From Octopus sinensis (Eukaryota), in NCBI RefSeq assembly GCF_006345805.1, contig NW_021833019.1, positions 33,980 through 97,979 on the forward strand: a stretch of 64,000 bases of DNA, written 5' to 3'. The first letter of the stretch is position 1; the number at the start of each line of letters is the position of its first letter. The position numbers were made by a program, and so were the translations under genes. This document shows, piece after piece, positions 11,850-23,789 of this stretch. A model generated the notes under the pieces. That model made no database searches. It was not told where the DNA came from and was given only the letters and a program-made list of their open reading frames with translations.

Positions 11850-14800
11850 CGAACTGTTCTTCCTGATTTGGTGTGTCGGGGTTGTGCAGAATCTTGTGTT
11901 TGCTGGAGTTGTTGAGTCTTTTCGAGGAAAGGAGGGAACTGGATGTAAGTCCTCCTCGATGAAGGCTTTTTTTAAACGATCAATCGAGACTGTATTTCGT
12001 TTGCCTCCAATATCGAGGACGAGATACTTGGGTTCTCTTTTGATAACCTTGTAGGGCCGGAATATGGTGGCCGAAGTTGAGATGGTATCCCATCATTCCT
12101 CACGAAAACATGAGTCTAAGTGTTGATATCTTTGGGGACTCGTGAAACGACGTTCCGTAGTCTGGGGCCTGAAGGTGATAACTGCGACATGGATGCCCGT
12201 AATCGGTGCACATATTGTTGTGGGTCAGGAAAGTCTTGTGAAACAGTTTCGATCATCTGCCCAGGTAAGGTGAGTGCTGTGCCATAAACGAGTTCAGCCA
12301 GAGTATATCCCAGTTCTTCCTTAACCGTGGATCGAATTCCAAGGAGGATGAGAGGGAGATGTTCCAACCAATGAGAACTGTCTGGAGCTGCTTTGATAGA
12401 TACTTTGAGTTGGCGGTGAAAGCGTTCGACCATGCCATTTGCTGCAGGGTGGTAAGCCGTAGTGCGGGTGTGTTTACACCCGAGGAGACGAGTCAGCTCG
12501 GTGAAAAGGTGGGAATCGAACTGACGTCCTCTGTCGGTGGTGATTGTTGCGGGTGTGCCAAAATGCGAAACCCATTGTGATATCAGCGTTTTGGCGACCG
12601 TTTCTGCTGATATATCAGATAAGGGCCAGGCTTCGGGCCATCGCGAAAAACGATCTACGCAGGTAAGCAAATATGAATAGTTCTGCGAAGGTGGCAGGGG
12701 TCCGACGATATCAATGTGAACGTGCTGAAATCGTGCGTCGGGTTGCGAAAATGAACCGATTGGTGATTTTATGTGCCGGTGGATTTTCGCTTTTTGGCAC
12801 GCAACACAACACTTGGTTCATTCTCTGATATCCTTGTTGATACTGGTCCACACAAAACGGGTCGATATCAGCTTTTGAGTGGAGCGAATACCAGGATGTG
12901 ACAGAGAATGCAGAGCGGAGAAAACTTCTCGACGATGTTTCTGTGGTACATAAGGGCGTTGGTAACGAGTGGAGATATCACACCAAATATTGGCTGTGGA
13001 TGATGGTAGCGGAACATGCTGAAATTTCAGAGATGACGAATTCCGGAGCTTTAGAAGTTCTTCGTCATTCTCCTGGTCAGCTGCTATACGTGCCAGATTA
13101 ATTGTAGACGTGGTGTGGATAGCATTGATCTGCGTGCGTGAAAGTGCATCGGCTGCTAAGTTGGTCGTCCCTTTGATGTGGCGTATGTCCGTCGTGTACT
13201 GCGATATGAAGTCGAGGTGGCGGATTTCTCTCGGCGAGTGGCGATCCGGCTTGGTGTTAAATGCATATACTAATGGCTATATACTAATGGTCGGTGTATA
13301 TGGCAAAATTGGTACCTTCTAGCATGTGACGGAAATGCTTAACGGCCAGGTATGCCGCTAATAATTCCCGACTGAATGTGCTGTATTTGGTTTCCGCGGG
13401 TTTTAACCGCTTAGAAAAGAAAGACAACGGTTGCCATATACCGTCAACAAGCTGCTGTAGTACACCTCCAACTCCGGAATCGGATGCATCAACGAGTAAA
13501 CATCGTGGGGCGTCTGGTTTTGGATAAACCAACATGGTAGCGTTGGATAACGCTTTTTTCAGGGCAGCGAAAGAAGCGAGTTGATCTTCGGTCAGAGCTA
13601 TATCTGCATTTTTGCAAGTTCGCTGACGTAGCAAATCCGTGAGCGGTTGCGCTATCTCAGCGAGGTGGGGTACGAACCGTCGATAGAAATTCGCTAGACC
13701 GATATATTCCTTTAATTTGCGGACAGATGTAGGTGGTGGAAAATCCACGATGGCCTTGACTTTCTCGAGAAGGGGACGAATTCCATCCTTATCGACGATG
13801 TGCCCGAGAAAATGAAGGGAAGCAACTCCGAACAAACATTTAGTAGGGTTGATAACAACACCAAATTGACGGAGGCGTTCGAATAGTAGGTGAAGGTGTT
13901 GGTTATGTTCTTCGTCCGAGTTACTGGCCACGAGTATGTCGTCTATGTAGGCATAGACGAAAGGCAAACCTCTAGTCACCATGTCGATAAACCTTTGGAA
14001 TGTCTGTGCCGCGTTGCGTAAACCGAAAGGCATACGCAGGAATTCAAACATTCCGAAAGGTGTAGTAACTGCTGTCTTTGAGATGTCCGCAGGTTCCACT
14101 GGGATTTGGTTGTATGCTCGCACCAGGTCGATTTTGGAAAAGATGCGAGCTCCATGCAGCGAGCTCAAAAAGTCTTGAAGAAAAGGCACCGGATAGGCAT
14201 CACTGATAGTGTTTTTATTCAGCGATCGATAATCGCCGCAAACCCGCCAATCGGTCGATGATTTTTTGGGACGCAGTGTATCGGCGAGGGCCAGTTGCTG
14301 CTGGAAGGGCGGATGATTCCGAGGTCGAGCATGTGCTGGAATTCCCGCTTGACGGCCTGGAGACGATCAGGTGGTAACCTTCTGGACCTTGCAGCAACAG
14401 GTGGACCGCTGTTTTGATTTTGTGGTGGGTAACGTCGTGTTTAATCGGCTGGTTGTGGAATACTGGTCGAGCGACGTCCGGATATTCCCTCAGGATGGAA
14501 CTGTGACGAGTCGTTGTTGTAAGCAATACAGTTGGGCTGACTGTAGCCATACGAGCGGCTATACCGCGCACAGTAAGCTTGGTGGTGCTGTCGACAAGTC
14601 GTCTGTTCTTTATGTCTACCAGGAGACCGAAATGATGCAGGAAATCGGCTCCTAAGATAGGGGTCGACAGTTTAGCGACGACGAATACCCACTGAAAAGT
14701 GCGGCGCGTAGTCCTAAGTTCAGTGATAGGACTGTTCACCGTAGGTTGGGATGGGTGAATGGTTGACTGCCTGAAGACAGACTGATGTCTCTTTTCTTTT

Positions 14801-14956
14801 TCCAGAAGTGTTGGAGACAGGGATGATGCTGACTTCCGCACCGGTGTCAACCAGGAAACGCGTGCCTGTTACCCGATCGCAAACGAAAAACAGGCGACTG
14901 TGTGGGTGCGAGCCAGGAACTTCCGTCGCGTTCAATTCCTGGCTGTGCCGTTTCCC
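11850..14956 (-). pseudogene. pol: pol (protease, RT, RNase H, integrase), frameshifted
   Basis: FLVDTGAEVS (protease), YAYIDDILV (RT), [16 protein letters not shown] and [10 protein letters not shown] (RNase H), [31 protein letters not shown] (integrase DD35E), GPY motif near 12055; split over ORFs 14720-15436, 13284-14189 and 12116-12670. Confidence 0.95.
14894..14956 (-). promoter_or_regulatory. -1 programmed ribosomal frameshift signal (G GGA AAC plus H-type pseudoknot)
   Basis: Slippery heptamer at 14956-14950, 5-nt spacer, stem 1 AGCCAGGAATT (14944-14934)/AGTTCCTGGCT (14921-14911), stem 2 GCGAC (14929-14925)/GTCGC (14898-14894); located at the gag/pol overlap. Confidence 0.8.
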
Positions 14957-15824
14957 GAACTGGGTGAGAAAAACGAGCACGGTACCGTACATTTTTGTGC
15001 CTGTGTTCCGAATGTTCGGTGGTACCAACACGTGTGAGTTGCGGGTAACACTGGGGCCTCGAGACCGTCTGCCATCTCGTCGCGATCGGCTGGTGCTTCG
15101 ACGCTGGGGACTAAGCTTTAGGGCCTGTATTTGGGTTGTGAGGATCTGTATTTGAGCAGCTTGCTGCGTCATTAATGCACGCAAGTCCGAAATCTCGGAA
15201 GAACTGGTTTGTGCACGGAAAGGATTGGTACTGGGAGCGGCTGGCGTCACCGTTGATACCGTTGGATATTTGTGCGGTACTTCGGCTATTTTGTCAGCTA
15301 GCTCCGCCAGTTCTTCAATGGATGTATTTTCTCTGGTAGAAGCGAGAACAACCTGGGTATTGGAGGGCAGACGCTGGAGAAAAAGCTGCTTGAAAATTTT
15401 TTCTCGGAGGCTCTCATCTCCGAGAAGCTGCTTCATTCTATGAAGAAGCTAGGACGGCGTTTTGTCACCCAATTCTTCCGATATCAGAAGCTGGCGAAGT
15501 CGTTTCTGTTGCGATTCGGAGGTTCTGTTTATCAGCGTGGTTTTAAAAGTGTCGTACGACACAGAACCGGGTGGTGCCATGATAAGATCACGGACAACGT
15601 TTGTTATTTCTGGCGACAGAGAACCGATACAAACGAACATGCGAAGTCGAGACGAATCGCTCAGTATTCTGTGAGAGGAAAACTGTGCCTCTATATGGTA
15701 AAACCATAATGCAGGGTCGTGGGTCCAGAATGGTGGAATTTTCAAAGAAAGAAATCGCCGCTTGGAATGCCATGTCGATCGGAGGTATGATGTTGGCCGC
15801 TGGATTCTGTTCCGGGAGGGCCAT
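14931..15824 (-). pseudogene. gag: gag, frameshifted
   Basis: KIPPFWTHDPALWFYHIEAQF, EELGDKTPS, KQLFLQRLP; C-X2-H-X9-C-X3-C motif CWYHRTFGTQAQKCTVPC at 15030-14977; probable ATG at 15824. Confidence 0.9.
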
Positions 15825-15930
15825 TGTGTTCGTCGGAATTCTCAGGTGTTTCGTTGCGGGGTGATGTGCAAGCTGTAATTCTTCGACGCGGTTGATGAAG
15901 CTGGTTCCGGGGAAGGCGCAATTCGTTTGA

Positions 15931-15941
15931 CGGGGTCACCA
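15931..15941 (-). promoter_or_regulatory. Primer binding site, tRNA-Trp type
   Basis: Minus-strand TGGTGACCCCG, 2 nt after the 5' LTR; matches the first 11 nt of the known Trp PBS TGGTGACCCCGACGTGAT. Confidence 0.85.
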
Positions 15942-15943
15942 AA

Positions 15944-16488
15944 TGTACTGGATGTGTGTGTGTGTATAAATAAATACATAAATTGTTTCATGATTAAAAA
16001 GGGATTTATTTACATGTATTATAAATACACTACATACAAATGTAAGCAAATGCTACGCATTGCTTGTATAGAGCACATATTAAAGATGAATATGTTTGTG
16101 TGTGGGTGTGTGCGTGAATCATTCGAAACAGTAGCCTGTAGGCATTTCTCTGTCGTCTCCAAAACGCGGGGCGAGATACATCTGTCTGCTGGTGTGTCAG
16201 CTGCGATTGTGTTTTTTCTCTGTTTTTCCCTTGTATTTATAATATTTGAAACAGCTAGAAAGATAGACATACTGCAACATAGTTACTACTTAAGTAGGTC
16301 AGCGCTTGTCCAGTTGAACTTCGCCCGACATGGCTGAGGTCGCAGGTCAAAGGGAGATGATCAATCACTTTTTGACAACGAAGAGATCTTTAAATTTCGC
16401 GCCTATATATGCATTGGTTTTTGACGACCGATGATTCTTGGATTCGATTTCGAATCTAGGCTTAGAGAAGGAAGTGCTAACTCTTACA
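15944..16488 (-). repeat. 5' LTR (545 bp)
   Basis: tgta...taca ends; followed on the minus strand by the PBS. Confidence 0.97.
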
Positions 16489-16869
16489 CATGGATTCTCT
16501 AAATTTAATCTATGAGCTGTACAGTAAAGATTTATAAGACATTCCAAAGATTCTCCATCTGAGATTCTTTACACGAACAGATACACACACTTCAGTGTCT
16601 CCATCGAGAGTTTAACCGACACATGCTTTCAACCACATATTTACTAATACTGGGAATTCTTTTCAATCAAAATTCTTTTTGTTCTGTTAGCGACCGGCTT
16701 CAACTTCCTTGAGATAAACTTAAATAAAACTCAAAGGAAAACAAACAGTCGGTCTTCCGTTAGTCGCATATTATTACGTAGACGAAGAGAGATCACTCCA
16801 ACGGCAATGAAAATGCAAACGAAAAGAATGACGATCTAAGGGAAGTAATTCAAGGAAGTTGTACTCGGA

Positions 16870-17077
16870 TTTTTCTACTCTTGGCACAAGGCACAAGGGG
16901 ATGGAGCCAGTCGATTAGATCGGTTCCAGTATGCAACTGGTACTTAATTTATCGACCCCGAAGGGATGAAAGGCAAAGTCGACCTCGGAGAGATTTGAAC
17001 TCAGAACATAAAGACAGACGAAATACTGCTATGCATTTCACCCGGCGTGCTAGCGTTTTCTGCCAGCTCGCCCCCTT
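16870..17077 (-). mobile_element. tRNA-headed SINE, family 1 (core GGTCGACTTTGCCTTTCATCC..GGGGTCGAT)
   Basis: Head GGCGAGCTGGCAGAA (A-box-like) and GAGTTCAAAT (B-box-like) on the minus strand; many paralogues in the window. Confidence 0.8.
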
Positions 17078-17415
17078 AAGATGTACCCGGATCGCAATAT
17101 CTTTGTGCTCAGCTTCCTAGTTTGCAAAGATCTATCTATTATGTATTCACATACCTAGTTCACGTGTTAATCGTGTGGATTAAACAAAGTTCACTTGGAT
17201 TAGTATGTATGGAAAGTGCATACTTGTCTTCAAAAACAATTGCTGGTAATATTGCTTACAGTAAAACTTGTAAATGATACGTAAAGAATAAATTATAGAA
17301 ATGAAGAAAATAAATGAAAATTTGTGTGCATCAGCGCTTGGGACCGCTACCTTTTATGGTAGCTTTCTTTCTCTCTTGAATATGTCCTAAGTTACAAAAT
17401 CTACTACACTAACTA

Positions 17416-18840
17416 CCGTAATCCGGGGAGAATAGGGACTAAGGGGTGAATAGGGACAATAACCGAGAAAAAATATTTTAGAACAATAAAGTTGAGATGA
17501 CTCAAATTGTTCTCGTTTCTTTCTAGTTATTTCGTAGGTACATATATATGCCTTTCGGAACTTCCTTTTGTGTAGGAGAGGTTGTACCAGCGAGGGTGCT
17601 CCGACCCGCTCAGTTTCTTGCAGCAGGTTTCCAAACACTCAGTGCACGTGACTGATTTCCCGGAAAATCCATTGGTATCCTTACCACCGCCTATTTCTGC
17701 TTTCAGCCCTATTTTAGTGTTTGTAGTGATGAATACCATGCTGCGACAGTACAAACCAGTTCCTGGAAAGAAAAATACGCCAAAATAGATCCTGAGCGAC
17801 TAGAGGTCGCCAACGGAACGACACTCAGAAAAGCAGAAGAGGACTTCAAAATTCCTAAGAGTGTTCTTAATCGGCACATCAAGTTGGGGAAAATATCAAG
17901 AAACGTGGTAGACAGACTTTTATTTTCAGGTGAAGAGGAAATTCTTGCTCAAAGGCTCGTGCTGTGCACCTCTTGGGGCTATCTGATGGACTCCTATGAT
18001 TTGCGACTGATCGTTAAAGGATACCTGGATCGTCGAGGTGTCGATGTGAAAAGATTCGAAGGGAATATGCCTGGTGTAGATTGGACTGAGTCATTTCTCC
18101 TGTGACATAAAGATAGTTTAAGAGAACGAATATGCCAAAATATCAAACGAGCAGTTGCTGCCGTCTCCCGACCTAAAATAAACTCAACAATTTAGCTGAG
18201 AGCTTAGATGGTATACCTGCAACAATATTGTGAACTACGATGAAACAAACCTAACGGACGACCCGGACGGAAAAAGTCATCTACTTCTGTCATGTACGCT
18301 GCCGCGACTGATGGTACACTTCTCCCTCCTTACATTGTGTACAAGGCAGTTAACATATACGACACATGGACATTCGGTGGGCCAAAAGGTGCCCGATACA
18401 ACTGAAGTAAGTCGGGCTGGTTTGATCTTCAAAGTTTCAGTGATTAGGTTACAACCATAGCCTTACCTTATCTCATATCATGTTGAAAATACCTAAATCG
18501 TGTTTATTCTGCCAATAATAATCTGTTCATTTTGTGTCACTTTGTTTACCTGTAATACATCTAGTCTTTTTAATTCTGCCAATAATCTGTTCATTTCATA
18601 TCACTCTGTTTACTTGTAATACATGTAGTCAATAATCTATTCACTTCGTATCACTTTCTTTACCTGTAGTTTTATATTTGTCCGTATTGACCCTACAGCT
18701 AGTTGAATAGGTCCAATAATGTGTTGTATATAACTGTCCCTATTCACCCCCAAAAGACGGGGTGAATAGGGACAGTGTTTTTTTAGTGTGTGTGCCAACG
18801 AATTTTGATAAAGTTTCAATGCGCGTCGGTAGGTTACCGG
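17416..18840 (+). mobile_element. pogo/Tigger-like DNA transposon, degraded transposase (HTH plus DDE_1)
   Basis: TA|CCGTAATCCGGGG left end; peptides FSGEEEILAQRLVLC..WGY.MDSYDLRLIVKGYLDRRG, NYDETNL.DDP, DGTLLPPYIVYK, SKSGWFD; right end degenerate. Confidence 0.85.
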
Positions 18841-19637
18841 TAGGGACATAAATCCCACTAAATTAATCAGTAAGTGCTATTGCAGTCGCTTAGTGACATG
18901 CAAATCTTCTACAGAATGACCCAGTTGCCACGTACAAATGGGCTGAAGAAAACAACATGCAATTTAATGCAGAAGGATTTCAAGCCATAACAAACATACT
19001 TTGGACGAAAAGAAACTGCAATCCCTGAGTCAAACACACTGCATGATTTGGGGATTTATATGCGCATCTACACTTCGTTTCCTGTATAAAGCATCAAGAT
19101 GCTGGTAATGTGTTAGCGAAGGACCAGAAGAGTATACATGTTCTATGGAGTAAACATGTTCTATGGAGTGAAGATGGAAAAGGTATGTAGTGATATACTT
19201 ATGGAAACTTCTGGTATAACTATTCTTTGGCATGAAGAGTTATACCAGCCCCCAACTGGATGTCACTGTTCCACAAGTGACACCCAACCCATCTAGAGTG
19301 AGGAACAGGAACTGCAATAACTTGTAATTTAAATATCTTGCAAAAAAATCTGTGAAATCTACATGAGGTGGGGGGTAGATGTTTTCATGAAAAAACTTGA
19401 CCCCTTTGCTGTCCAAGGTGCCAGATGAACCAACATCACAACAGGAAACTTGAAAGAGGGCAGTAATATGAAACTTCCTCCTTCACCAAAACCAATCAGA
19501 GAAGAATGGCCACTGAAAAGGTGATAATACTGGTAGGGCTCCAGCATAACTACAGCCTTTAGGCTGAAATGCATAAAAGAACATATATATATATATATAT
19601 ATAAATGAAAGAATGGAGTTGAACGACGATTTAACAA

Positions 19638-19740
19638 AATTCCTTTATTCTCGACATATGTTTCGAAGACTGTATATTCCTAATTTCGAAGGAATAAGGG
19701 GTGCATTATGCCGCCTTCTCATCAGGAAAGACAAGGAACT
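19638..19740 (-). ncRNA. Type I hammerhead ribozyme (left arm copy)
   Basis: CUGAUGA core, long stem II, GAAAC-AUAU-GUC stem III, stem I intact (first pair C-G); predicted cleavage between 19653 and 19652. Confidence 0.8.
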
Positions 19741-19823
19741 TATGTCAGCATCATGATGATTATCACTATGGACTCTGTGTGGGCAGTCATCTAAAAGTTT
19801 TTGTTCATCATGATGCTGACATA

Positions 19824-19926
19824 AGTTCCTTGTCTTTCCTGATGAGAAGGCGGCATAATGCACCCCTTATTCCTTCGAAATTAGGAATATGCAGTCTTCG
19901 AAACATATGTCAAGAATAAAGGAATT
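19824..19926 (+). ncRNA. Type I hammerhead ribozyme (right arm copy)
   Basis: CTGATGA 19839-19845; stem II 19846-19899; GAAA 19900-19903; C-ATAT-GT; C17 at 19911; stem I 19824-19838 pairs with 19912-19926 but the first pair is a C-A mismatch. Confidence 0.75.
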
Positions 19927-21090
19927 TTGTTAAATCGTCGTTCAACTCCATTCTTTCATTTATTTGTATTAAAAAAAACACACAAATTTCCACACGAAAG
20001 CACGTGATCTCTGCCCTTGGTATGTAGCTTCAACCATGTTTTTCTGACGTGAATTTGCTACCCGGGTATCGGTTAACCGAATTATCCATACTAGAATAAT
20101 TCATTCAACTACTTATATATATATATTATATATATATATATACGTGCATGAGTTGTCTAAGTGTTCATAAATCAGGGAAATGATGCACTTGTATATCTGT
20201 CAATAAAGTGGGTATGTTATGCAAAATGTACAGTATTATATACCCATTACAGTTGATCTTAAGAAGTGGTTTCATGCCAGGAATACAATGGAGTGTTAGT
20301 TAACAATCAGATTATAGAACCTTATGCTCGTCAGGGTTAGCCAAAATGGTTCTAGCTAGCTAATTAACACTCATATCTACATTCTGCTCTGTATTTGTCT
20401 ACTGTCATAAAATTGAAAATCATTTAAACCAAATAACAAAAAAGAAAGAAAAAATTAATAACAGCAGTGCCCAAGCAATACCACAGTCTTTGATCTGGAA
20501 CATGTAAAAGACTGAAAATGTAACATTCACAGCTATTTGCTAATTAAGGTAATTTCACTTTAATTTAACTATCTATCAATATATCATTTAATGCATAAAT
20601 TTATAGATCTTCATGGCGTTATTTCACAGCCTTAGACATTTTGAGTGTGCCTATGATTTCAATACACAAATGCAGAATAATATAGCTCTTCTCTCCCTCT
20701 CTCTTTCTTTCTCTCTCTTCTCTCCTAGTTTTCCCTTCTCCCTTTTCTCTCTTCTTTGTCTCCAGTTAAGTTATTACCTCCCTTGGCATAAACATAACCC
20801 ACAAACGGATCAGCCAGACTCAAGGAACACATAGAATAGTATCAAAGATAAGAATAGTTATAATAACAGCAGCAACAGCAGCAGCAGCAGTAGTAGTAGT
20901 AGTAGCAGCAGCAGCAGCACCAGCAGCAAGAAGAAATAGCAATGGTGATTAACCTTGATAGCTCTAAAGATGATTACAAGCAAATTAATGTGCCCACAGG
21001 AGGCTTTTCACAAAAGAGCAACAAAAAAAAAACAGGTATGAACAACTATCATGTGGTAAATGATAGCAATAATATTGATAATAATAATAA

Positions 21091-23760
21091 TCATTGTTTA
21101 ACGTCCGCTTTCCATGCTGGTATGGGTTGGATGGTTTGACTGAGGAATGGTAAGCCAGGCTCTAATCTCATCTGGCAAGGTTTCTACAGCTGGATGCCCT
21201 TCCTAACACCAATCATTCCAAGAGTGTAGTGGATGCTTTTTATGTGCCACCAGCACAGGGGCCAGTCAGGTGGTACTGGCATTGACCATGCTTGGATTGT
21301 GGCTTTTTATGTGCCACTGGCATAGGAGCCAGTCAGTCGGTACTGGCATTGACCATGCTCAAAAGGTGCTTTTTATGTTCCACTGGCACGAGTGCCAGTA
21401 GGGGACACTGGCATTGGCTACACTTGAATAGTGATTTTTATGTGCCACCAGCATGGGTGCTAATCAGGCAGCACTGGCATTGGCCACAACTACGATTTCA
21501 CTTGACTCAACAGGTCTTCTTAAGCACAGCATATTGCCCGACAATTGAAGGGTACTTTTAAATGAACCAGTTATGCAACACTTGCATCAGCCATGGCTAT
21601 GATCTCACTTGGCTTGCCGGGTCTTCCCAAGCACAGCATAACTCCAAAGGTCTCGGTCACTTGTCATTGCCCCTGTTAGGCCTAACAATCTCACTTGGCT
21701 TGCCAGGTCTTCCCAAGCACAGCATAACTCCAAAGGTCTCAGTCACTTGTCACTCTGTTAGGCCTAACGTTCACAGGTCATGCTTCACTACACCATCTCA
21801 TGTCTTCCTGTGTCTACCTCTTCCACAAGTTCCCTCCACTGTTAGGGTGTGATACTTCTTCACACAGCTGTCCTTATCCATACGCAACACATGACCATAG
21901 AAGAACAGTTGCCTCTCTTGCACACCACATCTGATGTTTCTTATGTCCAACTTTTCTCTCAGGGTGCTTACACTCTGTCATGTATGCACACTGACATTAC
22001 ACATCCAGTGGATCTACTAGCTTCATTACTTTCAGATCTATGCATGTCATCAGCAGTCACAGCCCATGTTTCACTGCAATGTAGCATTGCTGTTTGCACA
22101 CATGCATCATACAGTCTACCTTTCACTCTGAGCAAGAGGCCCCTTGTTACTAGAAGAGGTAGCAGCTCTCTGAACTTTGCCCAGGCTATTCTTATTCTAG
22201 CAGCTACACTTTCAGAGCATCCACCCCAGCTACAGACTTGGTTACCTAGGTAACGGTAGCTATCAACTACTTGTAGTTTTTCCCTCTGGCATGTGATGGA
22301 ATCTGTTTTCTGTATATCTTGGGTGTTTATTGCCCCTGTGCAGCTACCACACACAAAAACTATTTTCCCAGTTAACCTTCCTTTGATAATGCTTCGCCTC
22401 TTATGTGTCCGTAGCTTACACTGGGTACATCTCATGGAGTTTCTACCTAAGCCTTTTTTACAGGTCGAGCAGGGCCTGAAGGGAATTGTGATTTGTCTGT
22501 CTTCCTACTCACTAAGGCTTTGTTTTTTTGCTAGGTTGACTAAAGCCCTTCAATTTTAGACCTTGTTTCAACACTTGGAACTTCTCTAGTTCTGGTAATG
22601 ACTCAACTATTAGAGCAAGATCATCAGCATAGAGGAGCTGCCAGGGGCACCCTATCTTGAATATCTCTGTTATTGCTTGGAGGACACTGATGAATAAGAG
22701 GGGACTGAGGACTGATCCGTGGTGAATACCCTACTTCTACTCAGAATTCTTCACTATACTTGTTGCCAACCCTCACCTTACTGACAGCATCCCTGTACAT
22801 GGCTTGTACAGTTCTCACCAACCTCTCATCTATTCCTAGTTTCTGCATTGACTAGCAGATAAGGGATCAGAGGATCCTGTCAAAAGCTTTCTCCATGTCA
22901 ACAAAAGGCAAGTACAGAGGCTAGGTGTTTCTCCTGCAACTGTCTTACTAGAAAATACAGCATCAGTGGTGCTTTTCCCTGGCACAAACTCACACTACAT
23001 CTCGTCTAAACTAACTCTCTCCCTAATTAGTTGGGCTATGACCCTCTCTGTGACTTTCATCACCTGGTCCAACAATTTGATACTTTTGTAATTATTCCTA
23101 TCTAACACATCACCTTTACCTTTGTAGTAGTTGACTATGATGTTGCTACACAAGTGATTGGGTATGACTTCATGTATCACCTGGTTGACTATATGGGTGA
23201 CTAGACTATATTCTATACTACCAGATATTTTAAGCATCTCAGCTGTGATTCCTGATGAGCCAGGGGTTTTCTCTGTTTTCATACCCTTAATTGCTTTACC
23301 AAAGTACTGTCAATTTGAATAGCTGATCCCTTTGTTGGGTCGACATTTGGCAGACTCTCTTTCTCCCATTCATTCTCTTCATTTAGCAATCTTTCACATT
23401 GGTGTCTCCAAGTCTCTCTCTTTGCAGCATCATTAAGTGCAAGTGAATCATCATATAAGCAGACACATTTCTCTCCTATGACATTACAATTCTCTCTCAC
23501 ACACTGTCTTACAATACGAAACACTTCAAGGCTCTGGTCCTCACAATGTAAAACATTGGGAAATTTTTTTCTTATCTACTTCCCCTCTGGCTAAGTAAAC
23601 CTGTCTCCTAGCTTCCCTTCTAGTGATCTGATGCAGTTCCCTGCTACCACCACACTTCCAGCCCTTCCATTCCTGTTTTTTTTCCCTAATGGCCCTATCA
23701 ACTACACTGTTCCACCACCACATTACCTTAGGTTGAGAGGGGTCTTTGCACCACCCACAG
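21091..23760 (-). mobile_element. 5'-truncated RTE LINE
   Basis: 3' tail motif ctggatgcccttcctaac; RT peptides ITAEMLKI, LLDQVMKVTERVIAQLIR, RIRIAWAKFRELLPLL; 86-bp tandem duplication at 21604/21690. Confidence 0.93.
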
Positions 23761-23789
23761 ATAATAATAATAATAATGACGATGATGAT

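Larger units (their letters stand above)
10644..16488 (-). mobile_element. Full-length decayed Ty3/Gypsy LTR retrotransposon, CsRn1-like clade
   Basis: TG..CA LTRs 10644-11190 and 15944-16488; 4-bp TSD CATG (10640-10643 and 16489-16492); Trp PBS; PPT; domain order PR-RT-RH-INT; CHCC Gag motif. Confidence 0.97.
9360..19467. repeat. Inverted segmental duplication, arm A (includes the 5.85-kb Gypsy insertion)
   Basis: Reverse complement of 29238-33043 in the same order: R4-like fragment, SINE, pogo, CR1/L2 piece, unassigned tail. Confidence 0.95.
19601..19963. repeat. 159-bp near-perfect inverted repeat with 45-bp spacer, PLE-type inverted terminal repeat
   Basis: Arms 19601-19759 and 19805-19963 are reverse complements with 2 mismatches and no indels. 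Confidence 0.98.

Noticed and set aside
20058-20094. Two short palindromes followed by CTAG, resembling a Helitron 3' end
   Set aside because: Followed by A rather than T and no matching 5' end or homologue was found
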